Below are positions 1 through 12,418 of a DNA stretch of 64,000 nt, piece by piece; the stretch's first letter is position 1, and every line of letters starts with the position of its first letter. The translations under genes were made by a program, and so were the position numbers. The notes beneath the pieces are model-generated. The model was not told where the DNA came from. It made no database searches and saw only the letters and a list, made by a program, of their open reading frames with translations. The stretch comes from Paecilomyces variotii (taxonomy: Eukaryota). The stretch lies in the NCBI GenBank assembly GCA_004022145.1, contig RCNU01000003.1; one strand, written 5' to 3'.

Positions 1-399
1 GGCTAGTCACCGGCGCAACGGGTGCATTCAACACCTACGTTAACCCTCTCGGCATCGACGCTTTCGCGTGGAAGTACTACTTTTTCTATGTCGGGTGGAT
101 TATCATACAGTTTATTATTGTGTACTTGTTTTTTATAGAGGTATGTATATTCCGTTTTCCTTACCTAGATATATTTATTTTTTTCTCTCTCTCATGCTCG
201 ATTCTGCTTCAACATGCTGTAATTCATACTGATGAAATAAAAAAAGACCAAAGGTCCAAGTCTGGAACAGATTGCGCTTCTATTCGATGGAAAAGACGCC
301 ATCGTTGCGCATGTCAATCCCGTAGCGAAAGAATTCTTGGAGACGAAAGCTGAGAGTAAAGATGGGTTGCAGACAGTGCAGGTTGAGAGAGTTGGATAA
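1..399 (+). CDS. 3' end of an MFS sugar porter (lactose permease/cellodextrin transporter-like); 5' part lies outside the window
   Basis: Reads ...GAFNTYVNPLGIDAFAWKYYFFYVGWIIIQFIIVYLFFIE, then intron 141-246 (GTATGT..ACTGAT..AAG), then TKGPSLEQIALLFDG...VERVG* (TAA 397-399). The VNP...WKYY...ETKG-x-LE pattern is typical of the sugar porter C-terminus. Confidence 0.85.
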
Positions 400-629
400 G
401 GTATTCGTCGGTGCATAAAGACGCTTACAGGTGACCTGTGATATCATAGGTCTGCAGCAGATTGGCAGATTATCTTGATTATTTTAGTCATAGTAGGACC
501 TAAAGAAAGGTATCTCTTAGAAAATATGACCGTATAAATAGGCCAGTGAAAAATGACTTTGATATTCCCGCCTTCTTTTGTACATATGCAAGAGAAGGGT
601 ATCGAAGGCTCTATAACTATAAGAATTAT

Positions 630-2498
630 CTATGTTCTAGGCACCCGTTTATACACCACGACTGTTGTCCCATCGTTCAGTTTCTCGTGCTGGGGAACAA
701 GTTTATACTTCCCAATCCATGGCAACAGCCTATACCAAACAGCCCAGTAAACAACCGCCGCGACCAACACGCCGATCCCAACCACGGCGTATAACGAATA
801 CGGTAGAGAAGTATCTCCTTTCCCACCCGGCGGACGGAGGAAAGGAGCAATAAGCTGAAATGCTTGTGCAGCCATGAAGAACGCTGCGATTGGCCACCAC
901 ACCTTAAAGGGGCGTGGTATTTTGGGTTCCGCCCATCGTAGATAGAACAGACCGAGGACAACGAGGAAGTTAATCACACTTGAAGGATACCCTTCCAGAT
1001 CGAGGATAAAGTCATATGCATCACCGAATGGAATGGCCACGATGACGATGAACGATGGGATGAAGTGCAGTAAGAGACCGGCAGAGGGTGAGCCAAATGG
1101 CCAGTTCGATGCCCAGAAGCGGGGGAATGGGATGACTCCCTCTTTGGCCAGTTCCTGATTCACACGGGCTTGTGCGAATGTGATTGACATGACGTTTCCT
1201 AGGGCAGATATCGCGACAAGGACGCTTTTGCAGCTGTTAGTCCGGAAAAAGGTAGGCGCTGAGGTAAGTGTCTTACATACCTCAATGCGCGTTGTGCAGC
1301 TTTCCCAAACACTTTGAGCATGAAGTAGGCGGCGACGGTTGATCCACTGTTTGCGATCTCCTGAGGTGTCGCGGCAGAGAAATAGGCTACATTGGCGAGC
1401 AGATATAGAACACCACAGATAAGCAGACCCAACGGGCCTGCAATTTTCAAAGTATGAACGGGGTTCTTTACTTCATTCAGGACGTAGGCTGCATTGGACC
1501 ATCTAGGATGAATGTCAGTGGTAAGAACATAGAGAGGCTCAATATGACGAGAAAGCACTCACCCGGCATAGGAATTTAATACTTTAAATAGAGCCGTGGC
1601 GTAGACATTGCCTGAATGCACTGAGCCTGCAAAGGCATTGCGGAAACTCGCATGAGGGTCTTGCACTCGATGGACTCGGCCACTGAGGACTACCCATCCT
1701 GTAACGACGATAAAAAGAAGGGTGATAATCTTAACCGTAGTAATGAAGTTCATCCCACGAACGCCTAACTTTGGCAAGAATGTATGAAGCAAAGTCACGA
1801 AGACAATGACAACAATTGCGATTCCACGCTCTTCCCATTCGCTCGCTTCTCGATCCGCAGCAACCACGATATTGGAGGCGAAAATGATACAACCGGACGC
1901 TATTATTTTGCGTTAGTCGTATTCCACCATTCTCGTTCTGATCGTCGAAGGCAATGCCAGGAAAGATAGCACATACCTGTAAATCCTAATGCGATCGCCT
2001 GCACGGCGAATACAACTGTGATTAACTGCTTTGGCCGACGATATACAGCTTCCAGATAGACCTTCTCTCCTCCACTGCGAGGAATCATGCATCCAAACTC
2101 AAGCCAAACGCATAGGCCAGCCGCAGAGAGGAACAATCCTAGGACCCAAAGCATCAAAGATGCACCGACACTCCCTACGCCCTCCACGATCGAGGAAGGT
2201 GTCGAGAAGATACCAGTTCCGATGATGCGACCGACACTGATTGCAACATAGATTTGGTTAGTATGTACCGTTGTTGGTTATCAAGGGAATTAACCAACAT
2301 CAGGAATGCAGTTGAGACAATGCCCAGATGCCGCCCGAGACCACCTTGGGTATACTCATCGAAGGACAATTCACCCACTCCATCTGCCTGTGCCTGGATT
2401 GACGTGCTCTGAACAACGTCCTCATTTTTGCCCTCCTCTGGACCATTCGAGGTCGAGCGCGATAAGGCAGATTGCAACGGACGGACCAGCGACGCCAT
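630..2498 (-). CDS. APC-family amino acid permease, high-affinity methionine permease (Mup1-like), multi-exon
   Basis: Consecutive hydrophobic ORF pieces joined by GT-AG introns: LGRHLG, IGTGIFSTPS, WLEFGCMIPRSGGEKVYLE, GWSNAAYVLNEVKNP, QELAKEGVIPF, RPFKVWW. ATG at 2498 (MASLVRP), stop at 630. Confidence 0.85.
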
Positions 2499-3627
2499 TG
2501 GGAATGTTGGAAGCAAAGCTTCCGGTGTGTCCTGGACGTCAGTCTTTTCTGTAATCGAGGATCATCACGTCCATGATTCGACGGCTGTCCATCCTATATA
2601 TTAATCCTTGCTGCTCTCTGAAGGCGAGACGTCGCCCCCACGTTGCGCGTTTTAACACAAGAATTGCAACATGCGCTTTCCCCCACATCGGTGTGACACT
2701 TTGCTCGCTAGATCTGCATGGAATTCTCCTGATAGCAACCTGTGGCCATTCTTGCGCATGCGACCGATCTAGATGTGACACAGGCCGATCCTTGAAAGGC
2801 TTAGCATTACTGCGAGGCGCTTCTTGCAACCATGGACCTGCCTTCGAGGGCTAGCAGCCTGCCGCAAACCACATCTAAAGCCCAACCATCATCACCCTTA
2901 TCTTGTCACATCCTCTGTATCCAAACGCTGCTTGACGGATATACCCGCTCTACTTATTAATGTCTATGTTTCCAGAGTAACGCGGACCAGGAAGTGGGAA
3001 ACTCACAGTGTTATAATTTTCGAGCAACAGGCTAATACACAGAGAATATCTTGCTCTTCGCGTCGCATGGTACCGAAAGAGGGACCAATAAAGGAAGCAG
3101 TTATACGTAGCGTGTTTAGCGATAGTTTATTTTCCTCAACTGACAGAATTCTGTGTAAGATATAGCGACAAGATTATTATTATTAGCAGAAGTCTGCCAG
3201 GGATATTGATAGACAGTCTATATTCTGCGCTGTCAACGATAGCTCTTCAAGTCGGTGGTCGCTTCCTATGTCCCTAGAGGCTGCCCTGTCAATGAGAAGT
3301 ACCATGTATATTGAATTTTAAGCAATCCAGTAATTTTTATATTTCCTTGACAAGAAACAGACTAAATCAAAGCCCTTTATTTCTTAAAAACAAATGTTTC
3401 AGTCGCAGTCAAAATAAATAACATGAGCCAGGCTGGAGCTTGGGCCACGTCTTGGCGCTCTCCTCCGCAAGTTCAAGTAGACACGCGGCTTTACAGCTTC
3501 AGAACGATCAATTCCAGCGGCGCTCTTTGTCGTTCCACCAGACCGTTTTCTTCGAAGCTCATTAATGACCTCTCCATAGCCAATTCTACCATATACTCTC
3601 CCTAATCTTCCTCTTTCAGCATTCATA

Positions 3628-4459
3628 ATGGCGCCCAAAAAGCAGGCAGGCTCAAGCACTCCGGCCGCATCCTCCGCCGCTACCTCCGCGAAGACCACAG
3701 GTCCATCCCCCTCCGCCAGTGCTGTGTCATTGTCTCCGAACTCCAACGTGCAGGAAATCGTTATCCATATCTGGCAACAGTATATCGCGAAGACGCCACA
3801 GCGCACATTGCTGCTGGATGCGTTCATGGGATTCCTCGTCTTGGTCGGAGTCGTACAGTTTCTCTACTGCGTGTTGGCGGGTAACTACGTAAGTGAGATG
3901 GGATATTTATGGTTATTCGCACCTCTATTTGGCACCATGAATACGCCGTCCAATTTGGATTGGATACCTATGCTCTTCGCGTGGAATTGTTCCATAGCCC
4001 TCATCGTGGATATACCCCAATTGCGATTGTTGTCTTTTTAAGATGCCGTTCCCAGAAACCTATCCCACTTCAACTTCCTCGTACCCCAAAATTCGCCATT
4101 ATTTACCACTCACTCATAAACCCTCTAACAGCCCTTCAATGCCTTCCTAAGTGGCTTCTGCGCTGCCGTCGGCCAATTCGTCCTCACAGCCAGCTTGCGG
4201 ATGCAAACGAGCGACCCAACCAGCGAAACCAAGACACCATCAAAGGGAAAGACTGGAAAAGCCAATACTGCAGAGGATGAAGCTTTCTCAAGTGTCTCTC
4301 CGGAACGGTAAGCAAACGGTTCCCCTCCCCAATGAAAAGAAGACAGAAAAGAAACCACCCGCGACTAATCCTTGAATTATTTATTCGTATAGAGCCTTTG
4401 CCGACTACGTCTTCGGAAGCATTATCCTTCATTTCTTCTGTATCAACTTCATCAACTGA
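3628..4459 (+). CDS. OST2: Oligosaccharyltransferase subunit DAD1/Ost2
   Basis: Exons 3628-3888, 4132-4307 and 4393-4459 give LLDAF...QFLYCVLAGNY|PFNAFLSGFCAAVGQFVLTASLRMQ...SPER|AFADYVFGSIILHFFCINFIN*, the DAD family signature. Confidence 0.95.
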
Positions 4460-4978
4460 AGCGGTGGGGTCAGATGCGGGAGTGGTCTTCGGGCCGCCGT
4501 CATGTACTTGTAATTTTTTGAAATGTGAAATAGCTGATCGAGGGACGGGGGGAAAGAAGAAAACATTCATGATACACTACGTCTCGATTATTTTGCCGTT
4601 TACCTGGTCAGTTCTGTTTTCACTACACCCTCTTAAGTTATGCGTTATAGAATTTATGCCATATGGAAGCGTGGCGGATATTTGTCAACTAGCCTTCGTT
4701 CAATTTTCAGGCAACTAGGAGCAGTTTGCTCGAGGCTCTCTAGGATCCGGGAATTATTGGAGAATCCTCTGTTTCAGAGTACAGGCATATATCATGGTAA
4801 TAATAGATTGACAATTATTCTATTGTACACGGTATGACATCGAAATACGGCATGCTTCTATGTACAGGTCATAACATCATGCATGAGACGGAAGGGGTAT
4901 GCAACAAGCTTTTGGCTATACAAAAAGTCACAAATGCAAGGCGGAGAATATCCGTTTCCAATTGTTGCTTCAGTCCGC

Positions 4979-7865
4979 TCAGAAGACCCTACCAGGCTTT
5001 CTGGGTCCGTTTGGTCGCCGCACAGCGCTGCCCCCAGAGCTACCTCCGGTTCCGTTTGATGACGGTCTCGATGACGAGGATGAAGATGTGACCACGCCTC
5101 CAACCCTTCTTCCTGCTCCGATGACCGGCCGTCGGACAGCTGATCGTCCGCCAGTACCAGCTTCGATTTCCTTCTTCCGTCTCGAGGGATCATTGAGCTC
5201 CTTTTCGCGCTCTTTCTCTGCAGCGGCGCGCTCGCGGTCCACTGCAATCTGAGCCTCGATTTCCATACGACGATTGAACTCTTGTTCCGTCACGCGTCGC
5301 TCGCGGTGCGAGTAGCCTTTTTCTTTGACTGAGTAGAAAACGCCGCCGAGTTCTGCGAGCCACTGTCATGGGCGTTAGTATTTTGATTTTTCGAATTTAT
5401 CATCTGGAAAACAATGATGGAGACTTACGTGAGGGTCAACAGATGTCACGGTGGACATGTATTCCTTGCTTGTCAGGATCAACTCATGGTAGACCACATA
5501 CTCTGGCACATAACCAAGTCCATAGAGCGCGCTGGTTGGGTGCAGTTGCACCGTTACGCTGGTGCGAAGATTGATGAACTCGCCCAAGCCCTTGACCTTG
5601 GCAGCCTGGTGGTAATATCCAGAACAGATACATTTTCGGATGACGTCCCAGTCGGTACCACAGCTGACCAGAGGCATTTTCTGCACAGTCATGATGTCGT
5701 GCAGTTGCTCTCGAACCTCCTTGGCCCGCCTCAGAGCCTTGGAGTGGAGGAAATGCCGAGTACACCATGCGTCCGAGTATCCATTGGCCTTCCACTGTGT
5801 ATACACATGTAAAAGAGTAAGGTGGTCGGATTCCGGGACAAAGAACTTCTCGCGAGCAGCATCCGATTCTTCCTGCCGCTCTTTCGGGCGATAGAAGACG
5901 CTGGGGACAGAAAGCATGGAGACGATAGTCAACATTTCCTCGCTGCAGCTGTACTCGTCGGCAGCCATAATCAGGAGTTTGGCCAGAGGTGGGTCCATCG
6001 GAAACGGTGTCATACGACGGCCCAGCGGCGTGAGATCACCAAGGTTGTCCAACGCTCCCAGTGACCAAAGTTCGAAAAGAGAAGTCGTTATCGTTTCTTG
6101 TGGCGGGGGGTCCATAAAGTCAAAGTCAAGGAGATCCTTCACTCCAAGAGACTTGAGAAGAAGCACCGTATTGGCGAGACTGGTCCGCTGAATTTCAGGT
6201 ATAGTCTGGAGATAGAGCTCATTCTTGAAAGCCTGCTCAGTATAGAGACGGTAGGCCTTCCCAGGCCCTGTCCTCCCTGCTCTGCCCGAGCGTTGGGACG
6301 CGTTGGCTTGTGATATAGGCGTGATCTGAAGGGTATCCATACCCATCCGCGGGTTGTATACTTTCAACTTAGAAAAGCCAGAATCGACAACGAACATAAT
6401 TCCGTCGACAGTCAAACTCGTCTCTGCGATATTTGTAGCGACAATGACCTTCCGCACACCAGGAGGCGCCTTCTCAAAGATCCTCGCCTGTTGCTCAGCC
6501 GGCATCTGACTGTAGATCGGCAATATACTGAGCTTTGGCGGATCATTCAACAACTTCAGCCTCTCATCGATGAGCTCACATGTCGCTTCGATATCCTCCT
6601 GGCCTGTCATAAACACGAGAATGTCACCCTGACCCTGAGAAACGTGGATAGCCAAGACCTGCTTGACTGCACTGTCGACGTAGTCCTCACAGGGGGAACG
6701 GGAGAAATGGACATCGACCGGGAATGTCCTTCCGGGAATTATGAACTCAGGTGCACCGCCGTAGAAGCGCGAGAATCGCTCCGAATTCATCGTGGCCGAT
6801 GTTACTATCAACTTCAGGTCACGTCGTCGAGCTAGGACCTTCTTGATCAGGCCCATCAGAACATCAGTATTCAAGGCTCTTTCGTGCGCCTCATCCATGA
6901 TAATACAAGAGTATTTATCAAGATCCGGTTGCACCAATGATTCTCTCAGCAGGACACCGTCAGTCATATCTATGCCCATGTTAGTTATAGTCCTCAAAGC
7001 AACGGGCTGGGTAGAACTTACATTTAATGACTGTCTCGTCACTGGTGCAGTCTTCGAAACGAATCGCATAACCAACGGTACTTCCGAGTTCGACCTCCAT
7101 CTCTTCACTCACACGTTTAGCGACACTCATGGCAGCAACTCTTCGCGGCTGTGTACACCCAATCATGCCGAATTTCGAGTAGCCATCTTCGTGCAGGAAC
7201 TGAGTAAGCTGCGTCGTTTTACCCGATCCCGTTTCGCCAACAACAATAACAACTTGATTGTCTCGGATCACACGCAGGAGCTCCTCTCTGACCGCAAAAG
7301 CGGGTAGGAATTCTCTCTGCTCCCGGAGCGTTTTGTTCTTGCTGAATGCACTAGAACCACCTTGATCCTTCTTCATGTGCTTGGCGAACTTGTTGCCTCC
7401 TCGGAATTCGTCCTCAATAGGCGCAGCCACCGCACTATCTCCCTCATCTTCCTTAATCCCCATTAGATTACCCAAGGCTGTGCCTGCCATGTTGGTCGCC
7501 TCCTGCGCCTGCTTCTGCCTCTCGCGCTGTTGCCGTCGTTCCCGAACAACCTTGCTGCCTTTTCGACTGAAGACAGCCATATCACTCTGAGGATCGCGAA
7601 CAGCTGAGATGGGTTCGAGCTGTTTGGTGAAAATGGTCCGGCCATCGAGGAACGGCGGGCGCAGGTCATGGACCAGTAGGTGAGTTCGAACGCCCTCATC
7701 ATCATCAGGTGCGAAATCGCCGCCATAATCTCGTCTCTGGGCGACACCAGATGTGAGCATCCGGTTAGTCTCCCAATTGTCAATGTCGCGGCGTCTGGCA
7801 TCGCGGATAGGTGGCGGCAGGTTAGAGCTCTTCAGCCTCTTGGCCGGAGGCTCTTCGCGCGTCAT
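4979..7865 (-). CDS. PRP16: Pre-mRNA splicing DEAH-box helicase Prp16
   Basis: Motifs [34 protein letters not shown] and QRSGRAGR, plus Prp16-type [10 protein letters not shown] and PPFLDGR. Two introns, near 6971-7021 and 5365-5429. Confidence 0.95.
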
Positions 7866-8557
7866 TCTGGGCAAGGAGTATTATTTGCCAGTAATAGATA
7901 GAACGATATACAAAAAAAGAGGCTCGGAAGTCGTATGGCAGCGCGAAGCAGCCGGAAGAGTAATTGCCGCTTAAAAGTCGACGCGCATCTAGCTATTTCG
8001 CCGGCAAACCCCAGGTGAGATGACTAATGTTATCACCACGTGATCACGCCCCATCTGCCGTCTGCAGCATAATAACTTCTCGACAACTGCAAGCCTTCGA
8101 GTACTGTACTATGTGTATTTATTGTTATCTGTCTCCTAATAGGGCAACTAAGTCACTTTTAAACAGTTGATGAAGTTGGTGCTCCATCTTCCTAGACTAT
8201 GACCTTGCTATTAGTTATTTACTGGTTGGGGTGTGAATATCTGCGTAGACTAGTTATTCTACTTTAAAATTTCCGATATCGATAAACCACACTCATGCAA
8301 CAAGTTTGACCAGATATATTTTCGTTAAGTATTTATGCAGATGTGTCTACTTGAAAGACCTTCCGTAGATACTTTTCAAAATGATGACTCTATATTAGTG
8401 GGGTTGGAGGCTTCTAAACGCTCCTCTAAGTAGAAGCTCCCACAGGTCGGCGGCGGGCACGCTTGATCTTGGCGGAGTGCCGTTCAACTTTCACTATCGC
8501 CCCGCGTCATAGCCCACCAGCTCACTGTGGACGGCATCGCGACCTCAACTGTCCATC

Positions 8558-9274
8558 ATGGCGAGCCAGCCGCAGGTCAGTGTCAAAAGGCAGCAAGGTA
8601 AGTCGCAAAGTGCTACATTTATTCGCTCTATCGCGCCAGGTGAGGGGAAACTAATGTCTGGCAGAGCTGCAGCTCCAATACTCGACTTTCAAAAACACAC
8701 TGCAACAACTTGCGCAAAAGATTGGTGACATCGAACAAGAGACCGAAGAGCACAAGTGAGTTTCACTTCCGTATATGAATATACAAGATGTGGTACTGTG
8801 GCCAGATGTATTATCGCACGGTTTCCTGCCGCTCGAGGGAGCCACAGTCGCATTGTTGTTGTTCTCGCCATGTATATCGAAACCTTGGAACTGATCCGGA
8901 TTTCTTTAATATTTAGACTCGTAATTGAGACCCTCGAGCCTCTCCCTCAGGATAGAAAATGCTTCCGGATGGTTAACGGTGTCCTGGTCGAACGGACTAT
9001 CAAGGATGTGATTCCGTCGCTCAAGACCAATTCTGACGGACTGAAACAGGTCTTGGATGAGCTCCTCAAGCAATACAAGGCCAAACAGACCGAAATGGAC
9101 AACTGGAAGGTCAGTAAATAACTTATCTTCATTTCTTCTTCAGGCTTTCATGGATTGTGCCACATATCCCCTTCCGCTCCTATGCCTTCCTCAGCGTCGC
9201 GCTATGAAACGAACTGGAGACTGATATGCCCCGACCTACAGAAGAAGAACAATATCCAAGTGGTCCAGCAGTGA
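8558..9274 (+). CDS. GIM4: Prefoldin subunit 2 (Gim4), 4 exons
   Basis: MASQPQVSVKRQQ|ELQLQYSTFKNTLQQLAQKIGDIEQETEEHK|LVIETLEPLPQDRKCFRMVNGVLVERT...DNWK|KKNNIQVVQQ*. Confidence 0.92.
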
Positions 9275-12200
9275 GCGAAGCATGAAATCCGCAAGGAGTT
9301 AGACATGTTGAGGGCAGGGTCTTCAACAAGCTCGACCTTTGTGCAGGCGAGGGGGATTCGTCGGAACGTCGGCAGACACGGCCACGACGATGGATGTACA
9401 ACCAAGGATATGTGTCACTCAGTTCATGCATGATTTTACGGCTATCGACTTGGTTATGAAACGAGAGTTGTGAACTGGACGGACTTCTAGTCCAAGGCGT
9501 CCTTGAGGCTACGCCAGCTAGCATGCTGATATCTTTCCACACGTCACCAGTTGAAAAACGCGAAGATTCAGTGAGACATCACAGGAAAGGCCGAATTTGA
9601 GTTGCAGCCATGCCTAGATAGGTTACGTTGACACGAGAGGAAGGACTTTACACCCTGACTATTGCAGACAGAGCAAATTCGTATACTGCGTTAGCAACAC
9701 TCATCCTCTACAAGTTCGTAATCTTCCTCGAAAGTTAGAGATTCTCTGCCACCTTGCTAGTAATTTTCGTCTTTCACTGTATCTCTCGTGCTCATAGAGG
9801 CATCCCATCTACATGGAAGGTGAGTTGTCTGTTCTATGCGCAACGGCCCAATGAAACGGACATCTGCAGGCGAGGTAGGTATGGAGGGTATGGGAGATCT
9901 TGTGTATGGCTGACTGCCCTTGATTTACCGTGGACCTCAGCCGTCTCGTTGGCCGTTAGGCTAGCGGCTTTCCAGCCGGCATCATTGGACATCACTGCGA
10001 CTGTCGCGTCCTCGTGATTCGGTCGACCGTGTCAGGTACTGTGTGTTTCTGTCTTCGCCTTCACTGATCTTCCCACATCAAGCTGAGGGCCGTTCTAGAG
10101 AGAGCGCTGAGACTTCTCTGTTGCAGATATATCCTCGGGAAGACAAGCAAAAACAACCAAGCAAGTACGGTCTCGTGCACCTCTGAAATTATTTTGATCG
10201 TATCCTGCCAGTGATAGGGTAGCTGTTGACAAGGAAGTAACATGGGCTGCCGAGAGGCGCGGGGTCTTCACATCGGGAGTCCCGAAGTGGAGAACTTCAC
10301 GCGGCAGCAAGGACAGTCCAGGTGGATAAATAAGGACTTCTGCAGGAAATTAACACATGTTCATCTGATCTGATGCACCAAATAAGTGCTATCATGAACA
10401 CGTAGTCTGACGGAGCAGATCTAAGTGGATACTCTCCTCCTAGGAGACTCTAAGTGAAACAGGGCGAAGGGGGATAAGTTGAGTCAAGCCATTCTGACTT
10501 TTCATGATCGACAATAACTTGTCCTCCTGTGATCCTAGTGACCACAGAAACAATTGTCAGTCATTAATAGCCTCTTCAGAGATCGTGCTCTCCGGGTTCG
10601 ATCCGTGCGCCTGTATGTAGTTCAGTAGCCGACTAGTCGCATTTTGATTGATGCATGGTCTGGCGTTATCAACCGCACAAGAAATCGATGACTTTGTGCT
10701 GTCCTCTGCCCAAGTCCGCCTCGTCGTTGCCCTGCCTTGACTGTCCGAGAAACCCCTGCTTCGAATGGCGTCTGCCAGGGAATATCCGGTATCATAAGCA
10801 TGGTCACCCAGAAAAGCCTCGCAAAACATCTCATCTTTCTACCCAAAAATGTCAGCCATGCTTCTAGCTGAGTGACAGAAATGCTAGCAACAGGGTATGG
10901 TGTGCTGGAGAACAGTCAGATTGGCTGTCTTCAGAAGCTTTCAGTTGCGGATGCTGTAACTGGGAGGCTCGAGATAGTTCTGAACGGGAGTCGCAAAGAG
11001 ACCAGAGGCATGTCGGTGCCATAAGAGTGATGCTGATTGACTGAAAGGCAAGTTAGAGTCCCGTGCCGTTCCGTGATCGATTGAGTCCCAGGGACCTGGC
11101 ATCAGGGCGATTCGGATTGCTGGGAGTCGTTCTCGTGTGCTATTCGACGACTTTGGCTTTTGCATTGATACCGCTTCCAGACTCTTGAATCCGTCTAGCC
11201 ATATACTAGACTTGAGCTATCTTCAGCTCATGGAAAACCAGGCTTGTCGTCAAAGAAAAGGCACAGAACGAGATGAATGGATTGACAAAGTAGTTCATAG
11301 TACCAGTCCTCGTAAGGCTGATGGCCCCCGCTGCGTGGTACACTAGATCCAGCCAGAGAAGCCCCGAAGAACATTGGAAACGGCGTCTCGTTGCATACGG
11401 TATCCATACGCGTCGATGGGCGGACCCCACAGGCGGCGTGGCCGAAGATGGGCGACGGTATCGTACCAGGCTGTATCCGGCATGGAATTGATGCCTCAGG
11501 CTGCCGAGATGGAAGGCGAGGGAGATGGCGAGAAGCAGCGCGAGAAGGCGATTTCGCCGTCATCATCCCGTCCTGGTCAGGTCTCTCTTCGCCGCATCCT
11601 TCATCGAAACATCATCTCTCATCCTCCTCACCCGGGTGAACCGTCACTGTTGTTGTTGTCTTCGACATCGCCCTCATCCGCCAGTCAGGTTCCGTTGCTG
11701 CTTTGCTGCGGCTGTGGAAGCTCCAGCCGTCCCCTGCCGGTCGCGTCCGCAACGTTCTGGTTCGCCAATTGCTGGCTGGTTGCGCGCATCAACAAGAAGC
11801 ACGGCCGCTGGGTGAACACCTCTCGTGCAACCAGAACCCACCTCTACCTGTATCCAGGTATTATTTCTTGATCAGTCGCACAAGCGCTGCCCTCGTTCGC
11901 TATCTCTGCCTCCATCCGCGCCAGCTGTACGGAGCACAAGTCTTGTCTCCTGTGATTGAGACCCCACTGTCCTCCGCGTTCTCAGCACGCGCGATCTAGT
12001 TAGCGCTGCCTCTCTCAGGCCCGCGCACGCCTCGATATTGAATCTGCAGCTTGCAGGCAGACCTGTCGGACGGTGATCGCAATTGCGCATCTTTGATTGT
12101 GTGGGAAATCCCCTGGGTTGCGCCGGCAGCATCTGGAAAAGTGCTCTCATCGGAGTGGTACACCGCCAGAGAAGCTGAGCAGAACAGCATAGAACAGAAC

Positions 12201-12418
12201 TACTGCCCCGATTCCCCCACACAGTTGGCAGTTCCCACGTTCGGGCGATCGTGAAGCAAATCGCTGCCCAGTCCGACGCCCCCTGACGCAGTGCCGCATA
12301 GCCTTTAGAGCAGAGATCCTTCTCGCGCACCTCTGACGTGGTCATTTGCCAGCAGAGCATCCCGAACGATCCTCGCCTCAAGCCGGTATCCGCTGCACGT
12401 AGTCAAACACCTAAAATC

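Noticed and set aside
2560..2840. TTGCAAC/TTGCGCAT bZIP-like motifs upstream of the methionine permease as MetR/CYS3 sites
   Set aside because: They do not match the ATGRYRYCAT consensus well enough to call.
11374..11999. Overlapping 96-165-aa ORFs upstream of hapC
   Set aside because: No domain-like content, mostly non-ATG starts and GC-rich sequence; better explained as promoter or 5' leader.
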